Source: Calditrichales bacterium (GTDB lineage Bacteria; Calditrichota; Calditrichia; Calditrichales; J004). Taken from it: 64,000 nucleotides of DNA. Below are positions 37,079 to 45,638 of this stretch, one piece after another. A model generated the notes under the pieces. It saw only the letters and a program-made list of their open reading frames with translations. It was not told the origin of the DNA and did not search any database. Position numbers and translations under genes: made by a program. Positions within the stretch are counted from its first letter, which is position 1, and every line of letters starts with the position of its first letter. Location of the stretch: positions 864,001 to 928,000 of the forward strand of contig OZ254086.1 of assembly GCA_965267575.1 (NCBI GenBank), in the 5' to 3' direction.

Positions 37079-38311
37079 ATGAAAAGCATTTTTTATTACA
37101 TCATCTTCGCTGCTATAATACCGCTTCTCGCGGGTGAGTGGGTCAACGGGCCGCAAATGGAGATTCCGCGTGCCGGCGCCAGCTCCGTGGTGTTGAATGG
37201 TGAGATTTACGTTTTAGGTGGCAAGACAAACGGCAACCATGTTCTTAACAGCGTTGAAGTATACAATCCGCAAACAAAAACCTGGGATACAACGCGCGTG
37301 GCGCCTTTCGAGACACCCCGTTACAATGCCGCCGCCGTGGTCCAATATGGCAAAATTTTTCTGATTGGCGGGCGCGACAATAATTCTGTTCTCAAAAGTG
37401 TTGAGCTTTATGATCCGGTAGAAAACAAATGGGAAGAGGTTGAGGACCTGGATGAAGAGCGCGAAGGTCACAGCGCCCACGTGTTACGCGACAAGATTTT
37501 TGTTCTGGGTGGCCAGGAAGAGATATATGACCTGGTTAGTAACATCGAGTGGTATAACTGGGAAGATGATAAATGGGAAGAGTCTGCCTTCCAGATGGAT
37601 TCGCCGCGCAGCGCTTTCTTTTCTGCGGCCTGGTGGGACACGGTTTATATTTTTGGCGGATTTCAATACGGACGCATCAACAGCTGTTACAAATCCGCGC
37701 CGGATTCCGGCGACCACACCTGGGAGGCCTGCGGATTGCTGAGCGAACCAAGGGGTTATGGAGCCACTGCGGTGTTCGACAGCCTCGTCTATCTTTTTGG
37801 TGGCGAAACAGCCGATGGAAAGACCACAAAAGTTGAGGTGTATAATTTTTTCAGCGGCGAGATTTACGAGGGCGTCGATATGCCCATGCCGCACAGCGGG
37901 ATGACCGCTGCTGTTCTCGAAGACGAGATATTTGTGCTCGGCGGTTTTGAGGGACCGGAAAACCGCATTGTACGGCACAATCATGTTTATCGCCCGCTGG
38001 CTACGGCGTTGCCGGGCGGGGAAAAGCCGGCAAGCTTTCCGCAAGGTTTCAGCATGCATCCGGCTTATCCCAACCCCTTTAACGGACAGGTAAACATACG
38101 GATTGACGTATCGGGCAGCGCGCATTTTTCTGTTGATGTATATGATTACAGCGGACGCAAAGCGGCAACTCTGCATGATGGCACGCTTGGTACGGGCAGC
38201 CATACCCTGCGCTGGCAGACGTCGGATTTGAACGTGGCCACGGGCGTCTATTTTGTAACGATTCAAAACGGAAAAACGCAACAAACACAAAAACTTCTTT
38301 ATGTTAAATAA
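37079..38311 (+). CDS. Kelch-repeat beta-propeller with a T9SS type A CTD
   Basis: Six IYVLGG-type kelch blades; YPNPFN...G.YFV...KLLYVK tail. Confidence 0.9.
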   Translation: MKSIFYYIIFAAIIPLLAGEWVNGPQMEIPRAGASSVVLNGEIYVLGGKTNGNHVLNSVEVYNPQTKTWDTTRVAPFETPRYNAAAVVQYGKIFLIGGRDNNSVLKSVELYDPVENKWEEVEDLDEEREGHSAHVLRDKIFVLGGQEEIYDLVSNIEWYNWEDDKWEESAFQMDSPRSAFFSAAWWDTVYIFGGFQYGRINSCYKSAPDSGDHTWEACGLLSEPRGYGATAVFDSLVYLFGGETADGKTTKVEVYNFFSGEIYEGVDMPMPHSGMTAAVLEDEIFVLGGFEGPENRIVRHNHVYRPLATALPGGEKPASFPQGFSMHPAYPNPFNGQVNIRIDVSGSAHFSVDVYDYSGRKAATLHDGTLGTGSHTLRWQTSDLNVATGVYFVTIQNGKTQQTQKLLYVK

Positions 38312-39083
38312 AATCCTGCTATTGCTGTTGCTGCTTTCCGCGCCCGGCCTGCTGCGTGCACAGGAGCAAAACTATGATCTTTTCCGACTGCAATACCATT
38401 ACGAACGTGTAGAATTCCGCGAAGCCATCGCGGCAGGACGCAAAGCGTTGCAGGAATCGGCATCGCTGGACCGGGAGCAGCTGGTCAGCGCGCATAAGTA
38501 CATGGCTTTTTCCTTTTTCAACCTGTCGCAAAACGATTCGGCGCGTTTCCATTTTTTTTCGTTGCTCTCTTTAAAACCGGATTATGAACCGGGCCAGGCC
38601 GAAGCCTCCCCAAAACTGCGCTCCTTTTTTGACGAGATACGCAAAGCATACAGAAGCAATAATCCGACGTCGGCAGCTGAGTCCTCGCTGACGCGCTATG
38701 TGTTTGTTCAGGACAAACGGCCTGCCGCCGCCTGGCGCTCGATGGTTTTGCCCGGGTGGGGACAGTACTACAAGGAGCAGGAGCAGCGTGCTTACTATGT
38801 AGGCGGGGGATTTGCAACGCTTGGGCTCGCCACGCTGGGCAGCTATATCCTGGAGCGTTCCTATCGCAGCGATTATCTGGATTCCAACGAGCCGGCGCGC
38901 ATTCAGGAGCTTTACGATCGCTATAATACCACGCAGAAATGGCGCAAAGGCCTTACGCTGGCAACAGCCGCTTTCTGGCTATGGAACGTGGGCGATGCGC
39001 TTTGGCGTGACTACCCTGCGCTGAAAATGCAGGCGCGGCATAGCGGCTCGTCCGTCCTGCTTTCGCTTCAGGTTGCGCTGTAG
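38301..39083 (+). CDS. Secreted TPR-like protein with a DUF5683-like C-terminal region
   Basis: Signal peptide, helical N-domain with SPK motif, AAWRSMVLPGWGQYY motif. Confidence 0.7.
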   Translation: MLNKILLLLLLLSAPGLLRAQEQNYDLFRLQYHYERVEFREAIAAGRKALQESASLDREQLVSAHKYMAFSFFNLSQNDSARFHFFSLLSLKPDYEPGQAEASPKLRSFFDEIRKAYRSNNPTSAAESSLTRYVFVQDKRPAAAWRSMVLPGWGQYYKEQEQRAYYVGGGFATLGLATLGSYILERSYRSDYLDSNEPARIQELYDRYNTTQKWRKGLTLATAAFWLWNVGDALWRDYPALKMQARHSGSSVLLSLQVAL

Positions 39084-39116
39084 ATGTTGTTTGAAGTTTT
39101 AAAGATAAATGAGAAT

Positions 39117-39148
39117 AAAAAAAAAGCCCCGTTATGCGCGGGGCTTTT
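39117..39148. terminator. Bidirectional terminator
   Basis: AAAAGCCCCG-TTATGCG-CGGGGCTTTT between convergent genes. Confidence 0.75.
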
Positions 39149-39158
39149 AATTTTCAGA

Positions 39159-42044
39159 TCATTTTATTAATAGCATTTTGCGGGTTTGCACAAAGCCGTC
39201 CGCTTGCAGGCGGTAGTAATATACGCCACTAGCCAATGACGAGGCGTCAAAGGCCACATCATATTCTCCGGCTTGTAGATTGCCGTTTACGAGTGTTTTG
39301 ATTTCACGGCCGAGCGCGTCATAAACCGCCAGGTTTACTTTGCCGCTTTTGGCCAGGCTATAGCGAATGGTGGTTTGCGGGTTGAACGGATTGGGATAAT
39401 TCTGCTCCAACCGGAACTGCTTCGGCACTTCCGTGAAAATATCATCTTCCAGCGATGTCAATATGCCCGGTTCAGGAGTCTCCAGCTTTTTATCGGTGAA
39501 GATGTAAAACTGCCCCGGCTTTAGTGTATATACCGTGTCCGTCGCGGAAATTAAAACGCTGTCTCCCGAAAAGTAATCATACCACATACCGCCGTGCTTA
39601 AATTGCGGACTGATATTGCGGTTCACAACGTCGAAGTTGCCAATGATCGACGCGCTCATGTCGTCATTGCTCAGCTTTATGCGCTTAACTGCACCGCTGA
39701 CGCTCATGTTTTCCAGCGCATCAGGGTCGCGGAAAAGCGTTGTTTCCCGGCGCATCTTAAGCAGGGCGGCAAAAGCTTTATAAACCTTACGGCGGTTTTC
39801 ATCCTGGAAATAATCCCAGCGGACCGGCTTTGGCGTTAAGCGGTCGTCATCGGTTCCCGAAGGATAATTAATCGAATAGTCATAACCCAGCTCACCAAAC
39901 TGCCAGATCATCTTGGGGCCCGGGAGGGTGAAAAAGAAGGCGGCAGCCGTTTTAATGCGCTCCAGACCGGTGGCCAGATCCTTTACATTATAATCACCGC
40001 TGCTGTTACCGTAAGTTTTATTTTTAAACATCAAGCGCTCTTCGTCATGGCTCTCCATATACGTGACGAGATTAGGCTCGCTCCAGAAGCGATTTTCATA
40101 ATAACCCCATGAAATATCGGATTTGCCGCTTTCATGGTAGCCCATGGTCGCCTCATTGTAGGGGTCGGTCATTTTGCCCCACAGCATCATACCGGCATTG
40201 GAAAGTTCACGCTCTTCGTTATTTTCGCCGAGGTGTTCCAGGATCACATAAAAAGTGGAATCGATCTCCCAGATTTTATTGGCCATACGCTTAAGCAAGC
40301 TGATCCGGCCGCTGTTGTAACCAAAAAAATCACCGCTCTGCATAAAGCCCTTTGAAAGGTCAAAACGGTAACCGTCAATTTTGTATTCTTCAATCCAGTA
40401 GGCGTTAACGCGGTCTACAAATTCTTTGGTCAGAATGCTTTCATGGTTGAAGTCGTAACCAACATTAAAAGGATGTTTTGCTTCTGTGTTCAGCCAGGGA
40501 TTGTCCGCGCTGGGCGGGCCGTACGTGCCGTTAGCGTAAAGGCGCACCAGAGGCGATTGTCCAAATGCGTGGTTCAGCACTATATCCAGAATCACCGCAA
40601 TGCCGCGTTCATGGCAGGCATCGACAAATTGCTTGAATTTTTCCGGCGTGCCGTAATATTTGTCCAGCGCCATGTGAAACGATGGATTGTAGCCCCAGCT
40701 CTGGTTGCCTTCAAATTCATTTACCGGCATCAGCTCAATAGCGTTGATCCCCAGGTTTTGCAGGTAATCCAGGGTATCTATCAGCGCCTGGTAATTGCGG
40801 GCTGCCACAAAATCACGCAAGAGTAATTCGTAAACGATCAATTCCTCCTGGGGCGGGCGCTGAAAATCGCTGATCTGCCAACTATAAGACGGCTTCGCGG
40901 TTTGCAATACGGAAGCAGCCTGCTCACTCTTGCCTTCCGGATAGGGCTTCAAATTGGGATAGGTTACCGCGGGAATGTCGTCGTCGTTCCAGGGATCGAG
41001 TATTTTTTCAGAATAAGGATCGGCCACGCGTATTTCGCCATCAACAAGATATTGAAAGGCATACTCTTCACCGGCTGTCAGTCCGCTTAATTCCAGCCAC
41101 CAATGCACGTGCAGCGCGTCTACCGAATCGCGCTTCATGGCATAATTTTCATCAACAAACCAGTCATTGAAGTCGCCAATCACATAAACGAACTCTTTCG
41201 CCGGCGCCAGCAGTGACAAAACCACCGTGTTATCATCGATGTAGTTAATACCATCCCGAACGTTTTGCTGGCGCGCCTCATTAACAACAGCAGGATTAAC
41301 CATTATGCTCAGCGATGTGGTGTCGCTTATCCCGGCCGTATCCGTAGCCACTACCTCCAGAATGGTAAGGCCGCCATCCTCCGTGCTATAGCTGTAATCC
41401 AGGGTGTCATTCTCAACCTGGGTCAAAATGGCTTCGTTCAATAGCAGCTGCATGGAGGCAACCTGCGTTCCGATGGCAACACCTATAGTGCGGATCTCCA
41501 CCGCTTCGCCTTCGTCGGCAAAAACCGGGGAGCGGCGCGGGTCGCCGAAAGCCGTATTTATTTCAGGTGCAACAATAGTGGCGGTAATACCGGGCTCATA
41601 CAGATCATAAAAGATATCCGCACCATCCGGCTTCATACGGCCGGTTTTACTTGCGTCTGAATTGCGGAACACAAAACTGAGCTGCGTTATTTTTTTGCCG
41701 GCCGGTACATTGTAATAATCGTAAGGATCGCCGACATCCAGCTTCCACAAATCGCCCTCAACGCGGCTTAGCTGAGCCTGCGGTACGTTAACTCCCCACG
41801 GGGCTACCACATAATTCCACGTGCCCTCGCCTTCTATGGTAACGCCGGTATGGGCGTACACATCATTACTACTGTAGCCGGCCAGGCTGGAACCATCATC
41901 CCCGCCTGTTCCGGTTGAAAGTGAAGCGTCAAAATAAATCGTAATGTCATCAAAGCGCGTCGGGAATTGCGGGTCGGAGGTGACAATTTGCGCCTGAGAC
42001 CAAACGACAAGTACGGATAAAACGGTAAGGATTTTTCGCATCAT
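39159..42044 (-). CDS. Secreted GH13 alpha-amylase-family enzyme with N-terminal binding/Ig modules and a T9SS CTD
   Basis: WGYNP, DIVLNH, DGYRFDLSKG, ILEH and ESHDEER catalytic regions; QNYPNPFNP...TRKMLLIK tail. Confidence 0.93.
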   Translation of the reverse strand: MMRKILTVLSVLVVWSQAQIVTSDPQFPTRFDDITIYFDASLSTGTGGDDGSSLAGYSSNDVYAHTGVTIEGEGTWNYVVAPWGVNVPQAQLSRVEGDLWKLDVGDPYDYYNVPAGKKITQLSFVFRNSDASKTGRMKPDGADIFYDLYEPGITATIVAPEINTAFGDPRRSPVFADEGEAVEIRTIGVAIGTQVASMQLLLNEAILTQVENDTLDYSYSTEDGGLTILEVVATDTAGISDTTSLSIMVNPAVVNEARQQNVRDGINYIDDNTVVLSLLAPAKEFVYVIGDFNDWFVDENYAMKRDSVDALHVHWWLELSGLTAGEEYAFQYLVDGEIRVADPYSEKILDPWNDDDIPAVTYPNLKPYPEGKSEQAASVLQTAKPSYSWQISDFQRPPQEELIVYELLLRDFVAARNYQALIDTLDYLQNLGINAIELMPVNEFEGNQSWGYNPSFHMALDKYYGTPEKFKQFVDACHERGIAVILDIVLNHAFGQSPLVRLYANGTYGPPSADNPWLNTEAKHPFNVGYDFNHESILTKEFVDRVNAYWIEEYKIDGYRFDLSKGFMQSGDFFGYNSGRISLLKRMANKIWEIDSTFYVILEHLGENNEERELSNAGMMLWGKMTDPYNEATMGYHESGKSDISWGYYENRFWSEPNLVTYMESHDEERLMFKNKTYGNSSGDYNVKDLATGLERIKTAAAFFFTLPGPKMIWQFGELGYDYSINYPSGTDDDRLTPKPVRWDYFQDENRRKVYKAFAALLKMRRETTLFRDPDALENMSVSGAVKRIKLSNDDMSASIIGNFDVVNRNISPQFKHGGMWYDYFSGDSVLISATDTVYTLKPGQFYIFTDKKLETPEPGILTSLEDDIFTEVPKQFRLEQNYPNPFNPQTTIRYSLAKSGKVNLAVYDALGREIKTLVNGNLQAGEYDVAFDASSLASGVYYYRLQADGFVQTRKMLLIK

Positions 42045-42091
42045 AAAATACCTGATATTGTTTAGATTTTGGCGGCCTTAAAACCGCTTAT

Positions 42092-43456
42092 TTATTTGAC
42101 CAGTTCCACGATAAAAGCCTGCCATGGTTCCAGCTTAAGCTCGTTTTCACGGCAATCCAGCTGTTTGCTGCTGTTAAATAACTCGCGGCACCTGCCCAAT
42201 CTTCCGGCAAGCGTAGCCGGCATCTGCAGCTTCCGTTCTTCGCCGCGCATGTTTGCGCCAACCAGGAGCGGTTTATCTCCCGGCTTTTCGTAAAGCAACA
42301 CATCGGGGATGGCGTTGTGCACGTGCTGCCGTATATCGCCGGAAGTCATTAAGGGGTATGCTTTTCTTAAATCAATCAACCGCTTGTAGATTGCGTTTAT
42401 GTCCGCATCGCCATTCTCCCATTCAATAGGCTCGTGTTCAAAAAGAGAAGGCTTATGCATGGCACCAATCTCCTGCCCGTTGTAAACAAGCGGCAGCCCG
42501 TCGAACGTATAAACAACAACCAGAAATGGAATCTGCTCTTTTACGCCAAAGACTTTTGCCGCGCGCTGCTTGTCATGGTTCTCCAGAAAGCGCAACGGTA
42601 ACGCGTTTTGCGGGTAGTAGTCGCGGCGCAGCCTTTGCCATTCAAGCAAAACATGGGCCGATTCTTTCCCTTCGCGCACTAACACCATCAGTTCATTCAA
42701 GACCCAGTCGTAGGTGCTGTGAAAAGCGCGCCGGTGCAGCATGGCGCCATCCCACTCGGCCAGCATGTAAATATTTGGATTGATCGCTTCCAGTTCGGGG
42801 ATGAGTTTTTTCCAAAAATCCAGCGGTACCATGCCCGCCACGTCACAGCGGAAACCATCCAGGTTGAACTTTTCCAGCCAGTATTTGATGACGCCGCGCA
42901 TATGTTCACGCGTTTCGGGATTATCATAATTGAGATCGGTAATATCGCTCCAGCCGGCAACTTTGCGCTTTGGGTTGCCCTTTTCGTCACGTTGGATCAG
43001 TCCCGGTTCATTTTCCAGCAGACGGTAATCCGGCGCCACGTGGTTGGCCACCATATCGATAATGATGTGCATGCCGCGTTTATGCACCTCATTCACCAGT
43101 TCGCGCAGCTTATTTTCTCCGCCGTATTCAGCATTAAGCGTGTAATAATCACGCACGGCATAGGGGCAGCCCTGTGAGCCTTTGCGATCCTTCTCACCGA
43201 TCTCCCAGACGGGCATCAGCCAGAGTACATCAAAGCCCTGTTCCTTTAGATGGTCAAGTCTCTGCGTGAGAGCGCGGAACGTACGCTGCTGCGAGAAATT
43301 GCGCAGGTAAACCTCATAGAGTGTTTTGCCGGAAAGCCAATCGGGAACGGCAGGTCCTTCACACACCTTGCGGGAAAGCTCGCGGTGCAAGACGCGTTCA
43401 ACGGCATCATCCTTTACTTTGGAAATAATCTCACGAAAACGCTGCTCGTCTTTCAT
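42092..43456 (-). CDS. Cytoplasmic GH13 alpha-amylase-family enzyme
   Basis: PYAVRDY, DMVANH, DGFRCDVAG, LAEW and FLENHD motifs; no signal peptide. Confidence 0.92.
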   Translation of the reverse strand: MKDEQRFREIISKVKDDAVERVLHRELSRKVCEGPAVPDWLSGKTLYEVYLRNFSQQRTFRALTQRLDHLKEQGFDVLWLMPVWEIGEKDRKGSQGCPYAVRDYYTLNAEYGGENKLRELVNEVHKRGMHIIIDMVANHVAPDYRLLENEPGLIQRDEKGNPKRKVAGWSDITDLNYDNPETREHMRGVIKYWLEKFNLDGFRCDVAGMVPLDFWKKLIPELEAINPNIYMLAEWDGAMLHRRAFHSTYDWVLNELMVLVREGKESAHVLLEWQRLRRDYYPQNALPLRFLENHDKQRAAKVFGVKEQIPFLVVVYTFDGLPLVYNGQEIGAMHKPSLFEHEPIEWENGDADINAIYKRLIDLRKAYPLMTSGDIRQHVHNAIPDVLLYEKPGDKPLLVGANMRGEERKLQMPATLAGRLGRCRELFNSSKQLDCRENELKLEPWQAFIVELVK

Positions 43457-44277
43457 CCCACACTCATGGCTTCCGATTTCTGCAACAGCACCTGCAACTG
43501 GTCGGTATCGCCCTTTTGCATCTCCGTCACCGTCTGCGACACATCGATGCCATTACGCATGCCAAACAAAGTAATATCGAGAATGATATGGTTCGTGGCT
43601 ATATCAACGATGGCCGTGTTTTGCGTCCAGGCCGTCTTTTTAGGCAGCTTGTTATCGGCGTCCCCCATTAGCAACTCCTTTTGATCCACCACCAAAATGA
43701 TTTTATGATTCCATATGCGCATCAGCTCGCGCTCCGGCAGGTTGTAGCTGTACACACAATCTCCCTTTTCAGCCAACTCGGTAAAAGAAAAAAGGATGAC
43801 CTTTACACCGCGTTTACGTGCCTGCTTCAACTCCGAGCGCAGCATACCGGCTTCACGGCTCCACACCGACAAATAAATGCATTTTCGCGCCTTTTCAACC
43901 ATCTCGCGCGCTTTATGGATCATGTTTTCATAACCAACGATGTTCCACAGGTGGCCCGGCTCTATGGCCGTTTCGAATGTTTTCATCGATTTGCGCACAT
44001 CTTCTACACGCTCACGGAACTGGCGCTCCAGCAGATCAAAAAGCTGGTCCGGCGGCAGAGGCGTGTACTTTTGCGGCTCGGTATAAAGTCCGTTAACGGC
44101 ACCCATCGCTTCCAGCTTGCTGATTACGTCGTAAATAGCCGAACGCGGGACGCCGGAATGTTTGCTCAGCTCATAGCGGGTTGCCGGGTGGTTTTGCAAA
44201 AGCGAGACATACGCTTTAGCCTCGTAGGTTGTAAAGCCCAGTTTTTTCATGCGCAGGGCAATATCATCTAATGCCAT
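43453..44277 (-). CDS. TrmB family transcriptional regulator
   Basis: LGFTTYEAKAYVSLL...YELSK.SGVPRS.IY.V...L wHTH plus a PLD-like effector domain. Start set at ATG 44277. Confidence 0.9.
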   Translation of the reverse strand: MALDDIALRMKKLGFTTYEAKAYVSLLQNHPATRYELSKHSGVPRSAIYDVISKLEAMGAVNGLYTEPQKYTPLPPDQLFDLLERQFRERVEDVRKSMKTFETAIEPGHLWNIVGYENMIHKAREMVEKARKCIYLSVWSREAGMLRSELKQARKRGVKVILFSFTELAEKGDCVYSYNLPERELMRIWNHKIILVVDQKELLMGDADNKLPKKTAWTQNTAIVDIATNHIILDITLFGMRNGIDVSQTVTEMQKGDTDQLQVLLQKSEAMSVG

Positions 44278-45472
44278 AAATTGTCCGATCGTTAAAAATG
44301 TAAAGGAGAGCATCATCCAGATGTCCACCCCATTGTCCCCAGTTATGCCCTTCGGCATAAACATCGCTGTTAAATGAAGCGTCCTTCTCCGTCAAAAAAG
44401 TCCGAAGTCGGCTATGAACGCTGTCCTGGTTTTCAAAGCTGCCAAAACTGTAATAAAGCTTTGTCTCCGGAAACGAAGCATCTTCCAGCTCGTCCAGAAT
44501 GCGCAGACTGTCGATCCAGAAAGAGCCGGACTGCGAAAAGACGGCTTGCAGTTCCCCCGCGTAATCCTTTAAAGCATAAAATGATATCAGACCGCCGAGC
44601 GAAGCGCCGCCCATAATCAGGGGCGCATTTTCCGCAAAACCGTACTTTGCTTTTGCTTCCGGAATAACCTCTTCAAAAATCAGGCGCAGGAATTCATCGC
44701 TCATGCGATATTCTTTCATGCGATCAAGCGGATTTATGAAAAGGGCGTTAAGCGCAGGAATGGCGTTTTCCGATATGAGATTATCCAGGATCACGGCAGC
44801 ATTGGCCAAACGCAAATAATCTGAGCCGTCATGAAAAATAATCAGCGGAGAAGCCGGTGTTGCCCGCTGATTGCGGTACACATAAACCTCCCGCTCCGGC
44901 GCTTTTTGGCTCTTCGCTAAGCTTATCGTATCCAACTGTGTATAACTGCGGTCTTTTCGCATCAGCCACTCATCAGGGTATTCATAATGCGGCATGAGCA
45001 GCAGCGAGTTTTCGCCGAAACCGCCCCTGGCAGTTCGCGCATTGAGGCTGTCGAGCTGGTATTCTCCGGCGACTACAATCTTGTACTCCAGACGCGCATC
45101 CGCGGGAAATACGACCTGGGCGTAGTAAAGGTCGGTATCCACTATTCGCAGCATGGGGATGCCTTTGGGCCGCCAGCCCGACATATCACCTGTTACATAA
45201 ACGGGCAGGTCTTTTTTATTACGGTACAAAAAATAGACGAGGCTGTCTTCGATAAGCGGATAATTTTCGAAACTACCCAGCCAGTTGTCTATAAAAAGCT
45301 GTCGTTGTTCCCCCTCCACACCGGCAGCTTCATGCAGCGTTTCTATAAAATCTTTTTTTTCTTCCGCGCAGCCACAGAAAGCCAATAAAAACGCTGAAGC
45401 CGCGAGAAAACAGGCTTTGACGGAAATTGTGGATAACTTGTGGATAAACGCCGTTCTGAGAGCTGTCCTCAT
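44264..45472 (-). CDS. Lipoprotein with a CBM48-like domain and a Fes-like alpha/beta-hydrolase esterase domain
   Basis: Lipobox FCGC; V.GD..GW...YK.VV.G....D.LN module; HDG.DY, nucleophile GASLGG, SQSG and EGHNW motifs. Confidence 0.85.
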   Translation of the reverse strand: MRTALRTAFIHKLSTISVKACFLAASAFLLAFCGCAEEKKDFIETLHEAAGVEGEQRQLFIDNWLGSFENYPLIEDSLVYFLYRNKKDLPVYVTGDMSGWRPKGIPMLRIVDTDLYYAQVVFPADARLEYKIVVAGEYQLDSLNARTARGGFGENSLLLMPHYEYPDEWLMRKDRSYTQLDTISLAKSQKAPEREVYVYRNQRATPASPLIIFHDGSDYLRLANAAVILDNLISENAIPALNALFINPLDRMKEYRMSDEFLRLIFEEVIPEAKAKYGFAENAPLIMGGASLGGLISFYALKDYAGELQAVFSQSGSFWIDSLRILDELEDASFPETKLYYSFGSFENQDSVHSRLRTFLTEKDASFNSDVYAEGHNWGQWGGHLDDALLYIFNDRTIYGIR

Positions 45473-45633
45473 TATTACAAAATGCCTTGTTTAGCGCATG
45501 TCTGCATGCAATAACACAACTAAACCTTTGTTATTAAACGATTTACTTTGATGCGCGCGCCGGACGATTTTTCGCTTGTTGTGTAAACATCAATCACACA
45601 ATCGTAATATTTTATCTTTTGCGCTGTGGATAA
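45428..45633. promoter_or_regulatory. Cluster of DnaA boxes
   Basis: Perfect TGTGGATAA at 45428-45436, 45439-45447 and 45625-45633; an 8/9 match TGTGTAAAC at 45580-45588; all in the same orientation. Confidence 0.7.
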
Positions 45634-45638
45634 TTCGC

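Noticed and set aside
38282-38309. Possible dif site: perfect XerD arm TTATGTTAAAT at 38299-38309
   Set aside because: The XerC arm (CAAACACAAAA) matches poorly, and the sequence is explained by the overlap of two coding regions (LLYVK-stop / MLNK).
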